A stretch of DNA of 42,901 nucleotides. Origin: Klebsormidium nitens (Eukaryota; Plantae; Klebsormidiophyceae). A program made the position numbers and the translations under genes. Position 1 is the stretch's first letter; each line of letters starts with the position of its first letter. The notes beneath the pieces are model-generated. The model searched no databases and was not told the origin of the DNA. It worked only from the letters and a program-made list of their open reading frames with translations. The stretch spans positions 1 through 42,901 of the forward strand of contig DF237642.1 in assembly GCA_000708835.1 (NCBI GenBank), in the 5' to 3' direction. Of the stretch, positions 12,001 through 23,997 are shown in pieces.

Positions 12001-12691
12001 TTTTGACATCTTCCAAAGCAAGAGTTTCCTAGACAGAGTCCTCACATATGAAAGTCACATCCTGAGAGAAAGCACCATACCATCACCTTCACAACTCACT
12101 CGCCTTACATCAGCCATTCGGTTGATCTCTGAACAAATAGAGTTGTTCACACATAGCATGGATCAGCGACAGGGGAACATCAGCAGTTTTGATGCAGCAT
12201 ATGTAACAACCACTTCTGCAATCACTCACGAGGGTGCCGGTACTTGCGCTCCGTGCTCCAGAAAGAAGTTGATTGCGTTGTTGAGGTCGCCATTGTGAGC
12301 CTGTGCATGGACATTATAAAACTTGAGCTTGTAGGCAAGGGTTGCTCCTTCAAGGATCATTGCAAACTCTCTGAACAAAACGCGGAACAGAACACACAAA
12401 AGGGCGGGTATTATGTTTGGCCTGCAGGATTCAACCAAATATCAACATAGAGGACTGATGCAGGGGAGAAGGGTCGTCATGTCAAGAATGTTGCTGATCC
12501 TTCGTCTAAATCACCAGGTGAAACAGCTAGTGCATGTCGCTTCCATCTCACAACCTGCGAGATCAGACATATCCGCCCTCCTTCATGCATGCTTTGGCCG
12601 GAAGGAGGGGGTGGCTCACATTGAGCAGCTGATGTGCCGTCTCCTCGTCTGCGCCAGTCACCCCCATAAACATCTCAACCTGATCACCCAT
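6062..12691 (-). CDS. PUX: Plant UBX domain-containing protein (UBA-like + two UIM-like motifs + coiled coil + UBX; PUX8/9/13-type p97/CDC48 cofactor), 10 exons, ~632 aa
   Basis: Exons: 12691-12620, 12300-12230, 11657-11201, 10918-10660, 10131-9925, 9507-9413, 9029-8766, 7662-7489, 6951-6817, 6226-6062; all GT-AG, phases consistent. N-terminus MGDQVEMFMGVTGADEETAHQLLNAHNGDLNNAINFF (UBA-like); EEEMMRAALEASMKE and DEDLEKAISQSLK (UIM-like); VRMPDGSRKARR...NSFPRR...QEALFLE (UBX with FPR loop). Confidence 0.93.
6695..6830 (-). repeat. Degenerate 3-copy duplication of the PUX exon 9 donor junction
   Basis: Minus strand: CCCCGTGCAG|GTAGGA (real, 6817/6816), CCCCGTGCGA|GTGGGG (~6753), CCTCGTGCAG|GTGGGG (~6708), with recurring TGCATAT words. 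Confidence 0.65.
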
Positions 12692-13222
12692 GGCGCCCGC
12701 TGAAAGGGCGTCCAGACAAAAACGTCTACCTACGTTCGCTTTCTCACTTGTCGCTTCGGCCCTGGCAGAGGCTGTCTTCCAGACCCCCACCGCACCGTCT
12801 GAGCTTGCCAAGCATAGCTTATGGATTTTGTTCATAGACGTCTACATAAGATAGTCAGCGTTCTTAGCGCGCGTGCGCGCGTTGCTCCTCATGCAGAAGG
12901 GACGCACAGGATAAATCTGCACAGACTCGAAGTTGAAGTTGCAGCCTATGCAGCCTCAGGCTCAGGACAGATTTGCAACTTGCGTGGTAGGTGGAACGCT
13001 GCATCAGGCCTCCATTCACAGCCGAAACTGTAGGAACGTCCATTTTTGCTGCACTATAAAGGAAGCAGGCCTTTTCCTCTTTGGCACGGGCAGAATCGAG
13101 CCGAGCGCCGAGATATTGATCGTTGAATCGCGGCTCATTGAGGTTTTCTAATCTGTCTTGAAAGAAGCGCTTGCAACCTCTGGAAGCATTCCTTAAATCT
13201 GCCTAGAAACTGAGTAAGAAGC
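12692..13222. promoter_or_regulatory. Short divergent intergenic region (PUX / GONST), probable bidirectional promoter
   Basis: 531 bp between two outward-facing ATGs; no specific cis-elements identified. Confidence 0.5.
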
Positions 13223-16200
13223 ATGGGGAAGGACGAGCGGAAGCATTCTGATTCAGACTCCTCGCCGCCAAGCCGAGACTATGGAGACCCTGGGGTTTTT
13301 GAAAAAGAGGCCATGATTGGAAACGGGGCGAGGTCAAGTGTGGCGGAGGCGGCAGCCAATCAGAAGGCAGAATCATTAGGAGAGCAGCTTACCAAGGCTG
13401 TCACTGCAAGTACACAAGCTCTGCAGGCATTGAATGCACCTATCGTTCTAGCGATCACATCCTATGCGATCTGCAGCTCCTGTATGCTCGTTGTCAACAA
13501 GGTTAGTGCTTTCTTTGAAGGTGCCTTTGAAGTAGCTTTTTGCTCATTGAGGTCTTTCAAAAACCAATCAACAAAAGTGCAATATATGAAGGATGTTTCA
13601 GCATTCTTTCTGCTAGCAGAGCCTGTTCAACGGATGTGAGCTGAGTCGGGTGGTGCTTTCAGTCAGCTGACAGCAATTTTCAACGGGTACAATTCTGAAT
13701 ACCTAAAGCGAAGATTGCCAGGTTTGATTGCCACATTATGAGCCCAGGGTATCTCCATTTTGAGCATGACAGTTCTTAGCGGTGAATGGCTGGTGTGGAC
13801 TAGGAACTATCGCTGAGGGCCATCACCTGGACCTTCATCTCTTCGGCAGCTACAATCATGGCAACTTCATACGGCTGGCTCGGTTGTTGCACGAGTTCCA
13901 AATTCTGTCCACACTCTATCCGTATAACTTGTCAAGGAGAGGTCGTGAGCTGGTGCGCCAGCGCTCAGTGACCACCTATTTGTTAGACCTGTCCTGGATC
14001 CTTGTTCAGTGCGCACGTTTGCAGGGTCCATTGCTGGCCACTGGACCTTGACTGTAGTATCTACTTATGCAAAGGGAAAGGGGGGGCTGGTCAGCGCTTG
14101 CCCCCCTTGATCTGTATTATGTTCTTTCTTGTCCTTGTGCCGGCTAATTGAGGAGACCAGACGGACAGGGAGCCTGATGTGTCATGGATGAGATACAAAC
14201 AGGTTGCACCAGTGTATCTTGGCTTGGCACCCAAACCGCTTGACATCAATGTATTAGCCAGTGAACTCCTTGAAACTATCTGCATTGAGGGCTGCATCAG
14301 AACTTTGTATTTTTGTCTGCAGGTGACTGTTCACTTGATTCCCGCTCCTTCGATCGTACTGAGCATACAGATGTACTTTTCAGCCCTATTCGTGAAAGCT
14401 CTCAAGGATATGCGGCTCGTAGAGGCAGACGACCTTGAATGGGGCAAGGTGAGGCTCGCTTGAAAACTCGCATTCTTCGAAACGCTTCAGGAAAGTCTCT
14501 ATATTGATGATGACCCTCAGTACTGAAAGCATGAGTCTTGGCACCTACGAATGCTCTCAGCTATGAAGTATACAAAGGACAACAGGAACTGGCAGATACC
14601 ATTTGCTGACAAGCGCGGTTCTTTGTTTGCAGATCAAGCTCTTTTGGCTCGTGGCATTCGCGTTTCTGGCTGGGATCTACGCAAACATGAAGACTCTACA
14701 GTATGCCAACGTAGACACGTGAGTATCCTGCGAGCTCAGTCCTTGTCTTCGCATCCATCCACATTGCAGACCCCCACTACACTTAAGAATCCTGTGCACA
14801 GTCTTTCTGCTGATCCGATTCTTAGTCCGCCTCGAGTCTGGTTCATAGAATGGTCGTTTGTCTAACGCGTGTCGTTAGAATGCTTTTGTAAGCCCTTCTC
14901 ATGTATCTGTTCCCAGTACATCGGCTCTGAGGCATGCTCCCGTGTCAACACGCATTTCTCCTCTTTTACGTTCAGATTCATTGTCATTCGCTCCTCAACA
15001 CCGCTCCTCATCTCCCTGATGGACTTTGTGTTCCTGGGCCGAGAACTCCCGTCTCTGCGGTCGTGCTGTTCCCTCCTCGTCGTGTTGGTGGGAGCAACTG
15101 GGTAAGTCGTGCATTTGGTACAATCCAAAAATGGGTTTCCTCTAGAGCTTTGCGTCTGCTCTTTCAAGCAGAAAGATAAAAGCTGCGCCAACCGTCGGAT
15201 TGAACGATTGAGTAGGACCGATTCCCAAGAAGTCTTCCTTGCGCCCGAAGCTCCAGGCTTGAAGATAGTGGAGCGAAATTTCTGATTGCCAGGGGGAAAC
15301 GGGTTACTGACGAGGTTCTTCCAATTGCAAATTCTTCAGGACAGTCAGCCTTGACCTCCAGAAACTATGGTTTTCTCCTCGTGTTGGAATTTATCGGGGT
15401 CTCCCCAGAAGTTACGCCGAAAAGGACACTTTGAAAGCTGCCTCATTTCCCCAAGGTTGTATTCTTCTTTTCTCCCTTCTGGTCCATTCCAACAAGTCTC
15501 CCCTTTCACGAGTGAGGCTTTGTCTTGAATACGGAAAGAAGACTACTTATCGAGATCTCCAGCGGCTTGAAGGAGCACCACACTGTCAAAGCAGGCACCT
15601 GATCGGAGACAGTTTACTTTCGCAAAGCGGGACTTCTTTGGTCGGGGTCCACTTGAAAGTCTTTCTTTCGATTCAATTTGCACACGCCACTTCTACAATT
15701 AAATGCACCGTCCAAACATTCATTTGAATCCTGCTGGATGCCAAAATGCTTGCGGCACCCCCGCACATGGGGACGGCACCTCAGGTCAGCGTCGTTCAAG
15801 ACCGCTCGACGTTTTGAACCGTTCAGTCAAAATTTCAACCCACATGCTGTCGCTATCTCACCAAGCACGCTTTGGTCATTGCTCCCCCGCAGGTACGTCA
15901 TCACGGACGCCAACTTTCAGATCCGCGCCTACGCGTGGATCGTCGTGTGGCTGTGCGTCTTCACGTTCGACCAAATCTACATCAAGTACGTCGTCGACAC
16001 CGTGCCGATGACCACGTGGGGCCGCGTCATCTACTCGAACGCGATCGCGGCGCTCCCGGTAACGGTCCTGAGCCTGGTGCAGCAGGAGCAGGCGGTGCTC
16101 TTCTCAGCGTCGTGGGGGGGCTACGCGGCGCTGCTGCTCTCGTGTTTGATGGGGCTTGCGATGAACTACAGCGCGTACACGCTGCGGCACATGGTGTCGG

Positions 16201-17006
16201 CGACGTCATTTACGGTGAGCGGCAAAGGCCGTTTGGGTGTTTTGCATTGGGACGCCTCGTGTGGCACCGGAAGAGAAGAAGTGGTTTGTGTCCCGGGGCA
16301 GCTGTAAGTAGAAGCTTGGGGAGATTGGGGAGAGTTGCGGGTCGAACGGTTGTTGTCCGTTATCCCTGCGGCAATACTTCTTTCCTCCTCCTCGACTTTC
16401 CTCCGAAGTCTGATTTCACGGGCCGGACCGGATACAGTAGGATTGCGGAACGATCCGACAAATCGTGCCGTGCAACAGCCAGTAAGGTTGTCGTTGCCAG
16501 AACTCGTCACTGCAGGCGTGTTGGGGACGGGTTTGCTTGCGTTGCCACGTTGAACGGCGTTGCATGGCTCGGTAATGCAGAATCTACATCCGCTTGAGTT
16601 TTTCCTGAGCAGCGAAGCGTTCAATATCTGTTTGGTGGGTTCTCTACAACCGTGTGTCAACGTGGCACAAGTTGATCGGCATATTGCCTTTTGCAAGCGT
16701 TTGGCAAGCTCGCTACGCCTGCTGCTAAGCGGGGAGCGCAGAAGGCCATCCAATTGAGAAGTCTCAGAGGCCGATCAGCCGAGTACCCGTCTACCCCACT
16801 CGCTTTAACTATACTGAAGACTCTCCTTTGCCTCGTTGCAGGTCATTGGCACTCTGTGCAAGATTCTGAGCGTCTTGGTGAACTGCTTGATCTGGGATAA
16901 GCATGCGTCGGCAGTTGGCTTGGCGTACCTGTATGTTTGCTTGGTAGCGGGGAGTTTGTACCAACAAGCCCCAATGAGGCGACAAAAAACCATGCCTACG
17001 AGTTGA
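13223..17006 (+). CDS. GONST: Golgi nucleotide-sugar transporter, GONST3/GONST4(GFT1)-like GDP-sugar transporter, 6 exons, ~367 aa
   Basis: Exons: 13223-13501, 14323-14448, 14633-14718, 14976-15101, 15893-16214, 16842-17006; phases consistent. Motifs YAICSSCMLVVNK, MKTLQYANVDTFIVIRSSTPL, DFVFLGRELPSLRS, GYVITDANF, SATSFTVIG..KILSVLVNCLIWDKHAS match plant GONST3/4. Confidence 0.92.
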
Positions 17007-17988
17007 AAACAAGTTAGATGCTCTCTTTAGTTACTTAGGTCTGAAAGGTACAGCAAGGAACCTGATGACCGATTGCACACCGGCGACTAAGTTATAGGAG
17101 GGAGAGGACTAGTAGGAGTTGCAAGGATGCTATGCGAGCATGGCATTCCGAGTTCATTACGTCCGTTCAAGCGCTCTCCTCGGGAAGGTTTCCGTACCCC
17201 AGATGCTCAATTGTGCCAGTGCTTGAATGTCCTCCGGGATATCAAGCCGATGCCCAGCCTGGCAGAGCTGACAACGGACCCAATATAGACTGCTGCATAA
17301 TGGCAGTAAGCGAGAGAATTGCATGCAGAGTGCTCGGGGGAATATGAGATTCAACTCGATGTTTAAGCCCACTTGTCATTGGATCGCGGCAGGCTCGTAG
17401 CTGTTCTATACATGAACCAGATTCACCAATGGCGGCGCTTGCGGCAGGAGAGGATTGAGTACGCGATTTTGTAGCTGCTCGCATGCGCTGAATGCCATGC
17501 GCATGTGCAGCAACCTGTGGCTTGAAGGCTACATGCCCGTACCGGGGCCAATATATACCATACGCACGACATCTAAGAAGCTGGCGTTCGCGGCCCCTGG
17601 CTGCACGACCAACTTGTTTACCAATACGTTATTCGGGTGAACTGCATATCAGTGCGCCAGGACTAACATAGTTGTCACAATTAACCGGCCGGACTCAGTG
17701 AACAGTATGGATGGCAGAGCCCGAATCAATTTGGTACAGGCATACTAGAGATGCGGCTACTAGAGATGCCAAGCGAGACCGTCTGCATGCAGCTATAGAT
17801 GGATCACTGTGAAATAAATGCACACATTTATAGAAGTAATAATGACGGTCGGACAGGCTTGGATCGTTGATCGGATATGCACATTGTCAAACAATGTGCA
17901 ACTGTCGGGCTATTAGATGGATCGACCGGCCAACTTAATACCAACAAAGCACCCAATCAATGGCAAAGCACGTTACAGCCAAGATTGT

Positions 17989-20900
17989 TCAGGTCCTCCA
18001 GTCATTTGATTCTTCCAGTGAGGAATCGTCTTCCCACCATGTCGATGTCTGCGACAGGGACGAGAGGAGTTCAGAGCATATATTAGTGCTTACCAGCAGA
18101 TTAGAATGCACACGCGCATACATTGGGCAAACTAGCCAGCTCGCGGCTCGGTCTTGCCAGCGCCAGAACAAGAGACGACACTGGCCCATCGCACCCGCAC
18201 GGAACACATTCTTCCGAACAGAGGATTGGACTTGAGCCGATGCTCTGCAGCAGCAAAATCTCTTCTCAACGATTTTGTCATATGACGGGAAACCTCGTCC
18301 GGACACGGAATCCCACTCTCTGCCAAAGGCCTTCACATCCGAGGAAGAGCACGCACGCACCCACAATGCATCCGCACGCTAAAACTGTCCAGACAAACGA
18401 AAACCCCTTCCGGACACGCGATCTCGCTCTCGTCCAAAGGCGTTCGCATCCGAGGACTATCACGTGGAGACCAAAGTATTACCCGCCCGCTGATACTGTC
18501 CAGACAAGGACACTCCATCCCGGAAGCAAAAGTGTGCCCCAAAAAAGAATCACATACGCACCTAAATATTACCCGCTCGCCGCAGTCTGTGCTCACCTTA
18601 TACCCCCGCCGGAGGAACTGCAGCGCGCTGCCCTCCTCCTCCGTGTTGAGCCCGAGCGAGATGAGCAGCTCCTCCTTCACCTGCCCCAGCGTGAAGCGCT
18701 CCGCGTCCTCCGCCACGCACACGTACGTCCCGTCGCCCTGCTTCAGCATCACCTGCCACGGGCCTGCACAAATGCACGCAAAGACCTGTTATTTTTCTGC
18801 CTTTGTCTTCTCTTTATGTTCGTTTCTCTTTAATTGTCTCGATTCTTTCCGAAATCTATTCTGTGTTTCATCGCCCTGCTTCCGCATAACCTGCCACGGG
18901 CCTGCACAAATGCACGCAAAGACCCATTTATTTGTCTGCCTTTGTCTTCTCTTTGTGTTCGTTTCTCTTTAATTGTCTCGATTCTGTCAGAAATTTGTTC
19001 TGCGTTTCGTCGCCCTGCTTCAGCATCACCTGCCACGGGCCTGCGCCAACAACCGTGCATTTGTTTTCCGCTGTATTTGGCTTCTTTCGCCCTTTCCATC
19101 CGCTTCCTTCCCTTGCTTGATTACGCTTTCTGTCAGCAGGTCGCGAATCCTCGGGATGCTCGATTCTGCAGCGCAGCCGCCCAGATTGGGAACAAGGAAT
19201 ACAGTGCAAAATTAGCCCAAATTCGTCAGGACAGTCCTCGTTTCGGCTTCAAGCGTCGACTTTCCGGCAGTCTCAAAGAAGGCAGGAACGAAGCATCAGG
19301 AAGCGTAGAATTCCGACGTCGGAGATTGGACGGCAGCGCTGCGAGTCTTGGTCGTCCACCAGCACTCTCAATACTCCACGGTCCACCCACCAAACGTCGG
19401 CTCGCAGCAAAAGTATTCTGCAAACAACGCCAACACCGGTCCAGCCTTCAAATACCTTACCGGGGTATTGTCTGAGCAACGCGCCGCTGTAATTGATCAG
19501 GAAAGGAGCCACGTTGACGCTCTTGGAGTAGTCCCGTTGCCGGATGTAGAAGACGGGCTTGAAGGTGGATAGGAACCGGTACTGCAGGTCCTTCGGGGGG
19601 AAGCCTAGCAAGCCGAGATCGGACCTGGAGCAAAAAGTTGGCGAAGGTTCCGTTTGTGTGACTTTTTCGTCCTTTATAAGACCGCAAAGCTAACCTTAAG
19701 GAGACGTGTATGGAGAAACAATGGAGAAAGACGGCCTTGCAGAAAGCTAACAAAATACTGACGTGATTTCGGATCAGTGTTCGCGGTCGGACTGGGCGCT
19801 CATGGTGGGGGACCGACGGGACAATGGTACCCTAGTGAATTATCATTCTTCATTCGCATTTCTCGAAGAGGCGAGCTGACGAACCATGAAACTACCCCAA
19901 GTTTCCGAACAAGTCGCACCTCTCCAAACCCCTTTCAGACCGGTGGACCACGAGGTGGACCAGTGTGGGTCCGACCTGGTTGCAGGCACTTACGAAGCAG
20001 CCTTTGCTTTGTGCCATTATCTCGCTCTGCGAGGAGCTTCTATCCTCCCGTCCAAAGATTCCGGCCGTTTTCTCGAAACCATTCCAAAAGGACACAAAGA
20101 AGCCCGTCAGCGGTCAGCCTTTCTGCTCTCGATACTGGCAATCTTTGCTTCGAATCCGGCTCCCGCGCTGCCAAAGGTATCTTGACAGCAGGTTTCGCGT
20201 TTCCTAAAGCCCGACAACTTACCTCAACGTTTCTAACTCCAAGTTGAAGAGGATGACGGGCAGGTCTTTACAAAACGCCGTCTGCACAGAAAACAAACAA
20301 AAGCGGGCAATGTCTTCAGACATGAGAACCGTCGATTGACAAAACCGTCCCCTACCCGCGAAAATCGTTCGGGAGGCCAAAAGATCCCTGACTCAAAATA
20401 GAAACTAACATACAAACAAACAGTAGATTTGGTTCTTACTTCTTTACTTGTTTAGATATTCCTACTTAAAACCATAACAGCATAGATTTTAGCTGGCACT
20501 TCAAAACGCTAAAATTTCATTTGTATCCACCCGCAATTAACACTTCTACAAGGCGACTCACCGCGTAAGCCTCCACCCCTTTCAGCTCCACGGTACTGCA
20601 ATTGAGCACGATCTGCAGCTCCCCCTCCGCGGGGGGCCGCACGAGCGCCGCCACCGACTCGTCGATGTCGCTGAAGTCCAGGTCCAACGCGCTCGTCACT
20701 GCGCCCCAGAAGCCCTTTGAGGCGCCCCCCGGCGCGTCTTCTAGGGTGCCCAAACTTAGGCCAGAAGTCTAGAGAGAGGGAGGAAATTGAGGGTTTGAAT
20801 AGGTATACATTCTGGTTCAATAAGGCAGATGAAAGGCCGTCGAAAGAGCCTTGGAGGCGCCCTGGCGCGTCTTCTAGTGTGCCCGAACCTAGGCCCGACG

Positions 20901-23346
20901 TCGGGAAGAGACGAAAGATTTGGAAGGTTTGAATATCCGCGAGCAAAAAGACTCGTTTTGATAGTAAGAGGCCGTCGAGAGACCCTTTGAGGGCCCCCCC
21001 CGCGCGTCTTCTTGCGTGCCCAGACTCAAGCCCGAAGTCTTGAGAGAGAGGAGGATGTCGAGGATTCGATGGTTCATATGATTGTCTTCACTTTGTTAAA
21101 AGGCCGTCGAAAGACCCTTCGAGGCGCCCCCCCGCACGTCTTCTAGCCTGCTCAAACCTTAAGCCCGACGTCTGGAGGAAGACACGAGTCAAAACTTTGA
21201 AAAGGTTCAAGACTTGGATCTCGATCGCATAGACGAGGCCGTCGAGATATCTGTTCAGTGCATCCTTCGACATGTCCAGGCTCACGTCCGAAGTTTGACG
21301 GAAATGGAAAAAGTTGCGAGGATGTGGAGGGCTTTGACTAGATGGAACACGTTACACGAAACTTCTTTGCAATTTGACGCGCAGGTAATCAAGTGATGAT
21401 TTCGCAAAGATGGCGTTTCGCTGCTTGAAATCTGATTTGCCAATGATTGCGGATCTCGACACAGCAGGCAGCAAAGAAGCAAGGACGACCTTTGTACAAG
21501 CCCGGACTTTTCAAGATCCCAACAAAAGAGCCCTGGCTATATTGACCCAGCCAGTCGTTAGATGCTTCAAGGTTTTGCTTGACACCGAGAGGAAAGGGAG
21601 CCTATCTTACAGGCATAATTACTGCTTGCCTGACCAATCAATCCGGAACTACCTACCGTTGCTAGAGCTGTCTTGAAGTTCCGCACGGCACGCTTCAGCT
21701 CCACTTTATCGGAGAACACCTAAGAGTCGGTATTCACACGCTTGGTTGGGCTGGTTTATCACGTAAACACATACATGCTTTCATTACCAATCATTCAAGC
21801 AGATAAAGGCAGGCGACACTGTTAGAGAGGGGCAAACGATGGACGCTTTAGAGGAGCTACGGAGCCCAGTCTGAGCGCTACACCATTGTGATGCAACTCC
21901 TCCTAGCGGAACTTTCCCAACCCGAAAAGCAGCCGGTCTTGTGCATCTTTACTACGCTCGGCCACTCCTTGATAACAATTGGCATGAGGAAAGTCCATTC
22001 TCAATCTCTCCAGGACGACTTATTATGCGCCAAGCCAAGAAAAAAGTTGACTCCTCACCAGCTTGGCATCTCGACCGGTGCTCTCCTTCAGCTTTCGTGC
22101 CATGACGATGGCCAGCGAAATGTTGGCGTCTGCGAACTCGTCGGAGGCGCCCTGCGAGAGGAACGAAGTGCTTGGATCACACATTGAGACCATTCCATTA
22201 TTTGTGACACTCAGGTGAAACGGATTGCATAAGGGACATACTTGGTACAGGGCATTTGGGGAAATAATATTTTGGTGCTTCTATTACAGGGTCGCTAGAT
22301 TGCCTACCAAGAACGAGAGCCAGAATGTAAACTCGTTGGCTTACCTTGTAACCACTGACCGAGCTTGGAAGAGGCCTGCAAGAGGAAGGCTATCACATCG
22401 CTGAGAGGGGCTTCGTAGAGGGCACAAGAGAAACTGCAAGTGTTTTGCTTTTCAAACACCCGAGAGTCTCCAAACATAAGCACTGATAGATGCTGCAAGG
22501 AACTGATTATGGGAGCTTGTAGTCCACACTGGATCTCAAGCTTGCGAAACTTTCCTGGCCGGATAGAATGACGTTCCACAACCCCCAATAAATAAACGGC
22601 ATGGCAGGAAGCGACACTCACGGAAACTCCACCTCCATCCTTTTGAGTCCATCATCGAGCCCGTACTTGACCGCACGAGCCGCATCTGCAGATTTGTAGA
22701 ATGAACATCTCATGAATTCTGATATGTGAAGTGGCATGCAGCTACTCAGGACTTTTGACCCTATGAAAGAGTTAGTGCAGCATTCCAGAAAGCAGAATGG
22801 GGATAGCCTGAAAGCTTGTCATGCGGATGATGCCCAAACTTAGGAAAGTCGTGTTTTATGGATTGCTTTTAAGTATAAGCCGCATACGAACTATGCTTCT
22901 ATCATATGCCACACTTGCATTCTTTTCGCTTTTGATTCTTTATATTATGCTGCTCTCGTACGCTTTGCGCTTGTTGCTGAAGGCTTTACGAATGTGGGGC
23001 ACTAACCTGAGATCAGAACCTCAAAAGACGCGGGCTTGTACTTCGCAACGCCAGCTTTAGGATCCACGTCTGTTCCGGCAGACGCCCGCACAACGCACCT
23101 TGACCCGCCCCATACTTTCAGCGCAGGCTGCTGAGTGTCACACAACCTAGCACAACCAAGTCTAATTATTTTGATCCCAGAATGTCCTCGTTGGCATGGC
23201 ATATCTGCCCTGGAGGGGAAACAACTTCGGGGCATACAAGGGGCTGGGTATTGCGCAAGAGTATTTTGTGTCAGTTCCACTCGACATGGACTCAACAATC
23301 TGTCAGCAACACAACCTGGTTGTGCGCGGTGCAATGCTGTGGCCAT
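17989..23346 (-). CDS. LPA3: LOW PSII ACCUMULATION 3 (DUF1995 family), chloroplast-targeted, 10 exons, ~415 aa
   Basis: Exons: 23346-23007 (start provisional, transit-peptide-like), 22685-22622, 22375-22345, 22151-22059, 21719-21657, 20768-20562, 20281-20223, 19624-19461, 18763-18597, 18048-17989. Spliced product contains [89 protein letters not shown], recognisable as LPA3. Confidence 0.95.
18290..18510. repeat. Two-copy 111 bp intronic repeat just downstream of LPA3 exon 9
   Basis: CCAAAGGC...CATCCGAGGA at 18323/18434 and ACTGTCCAGACAA at 18384/18495. Confidence 0.75.
18731..19060 (-). repeat. Three-copy ~138 bp tandem duplication spanning the LPA3 exon 9 acceptor
   Basis: GCAG|GCCCGTGGCAGGTGATGCTGAAGCAGGGCGA starts at 19040, 18901 and 18763. 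Confidence 0.95.
20715..21200 (-). repeat. Four-copy ~134 bp tandem duplication spanning the LPA3 exon 6 acceptor
   Basis: AG|AC(T/G)TC(T/G)GGC...AGAAGACG(C/T)GC...AAGGG(C/T) starts at 21171, 21038, 20901 (AG mutated to CG) and 20768. Confidence 0.92.
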
Positions 23347-23997
23347 CGCTGCCAGCGCTGCTTGTCAGCCCCTGTTGTCTTCAACAACACAACAACACGC
23401 TGGCAAAGTGAATATCGTGCTATCGTGAAATCCGCGTTCAGGGCAAGCTGGCAATGCAGGTCTCAATACCAACTGGCCCAGTTGGTCACTAATGAAAAGC
23501 CTCTCCTCTATCCTCCAGGTCCTGCTTCGTAAGGGAGGTGCAAAATGCATTGGCTTCCTGGGACCTGCAGGCTCAGCTTCCTGTTGGCATTCAATTTCAA
23601 GTTGCTGGCACAATGGTGTTGGAAGTCTTGCAGGTCGAGCTCCAAGGAGGCGGAGAGGTTTTACCTTTTTCAGGAATTCCCTTTCCTTCTACGTTACATT
23701 GCAATTGAGAGCTTGCCAAACTGTAGGATTCAGGCGATTGCAACGTGAGAAATGTAACGGGGCCTTGGATACAGGATTCTGAATGTCGCAAATCACCCCA
23801 GCATTGAACTGGTATTACTTACCGTTTTGACGAGAAGGAAGCCAGCAAAGCGGCGCTCTGCTACAGCGACGCGATTGCTGGTGTGCAATGCTGGAATAGT
23901 CAAAGTGTTGGCCCTGAGATTCCGGGAAGAAAGCAACTCTGAGCCGGACCTGGTGCTTTACAAAGTTGCGTTGCGCTCTTTGTGGTGCCAAGAAGCA
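23347..23997. promoter_or_regulatory. Short divergent intergenic region (LPA3 / chorismate synthase), probable bidirectional promoter
   Basis: 651 bp between outward-facing putative start codons of two plastid-targeted genes. Confidence 0.5.

Noticed and set aside
17142-17660. Protein-like + frame with scattered stops between GONST and LPA3
   Set aside because: About 7 stops in ~165 codons is the random expectation, and any stop can be derived from C-to-T, so this is not evidence of a pseudogene.
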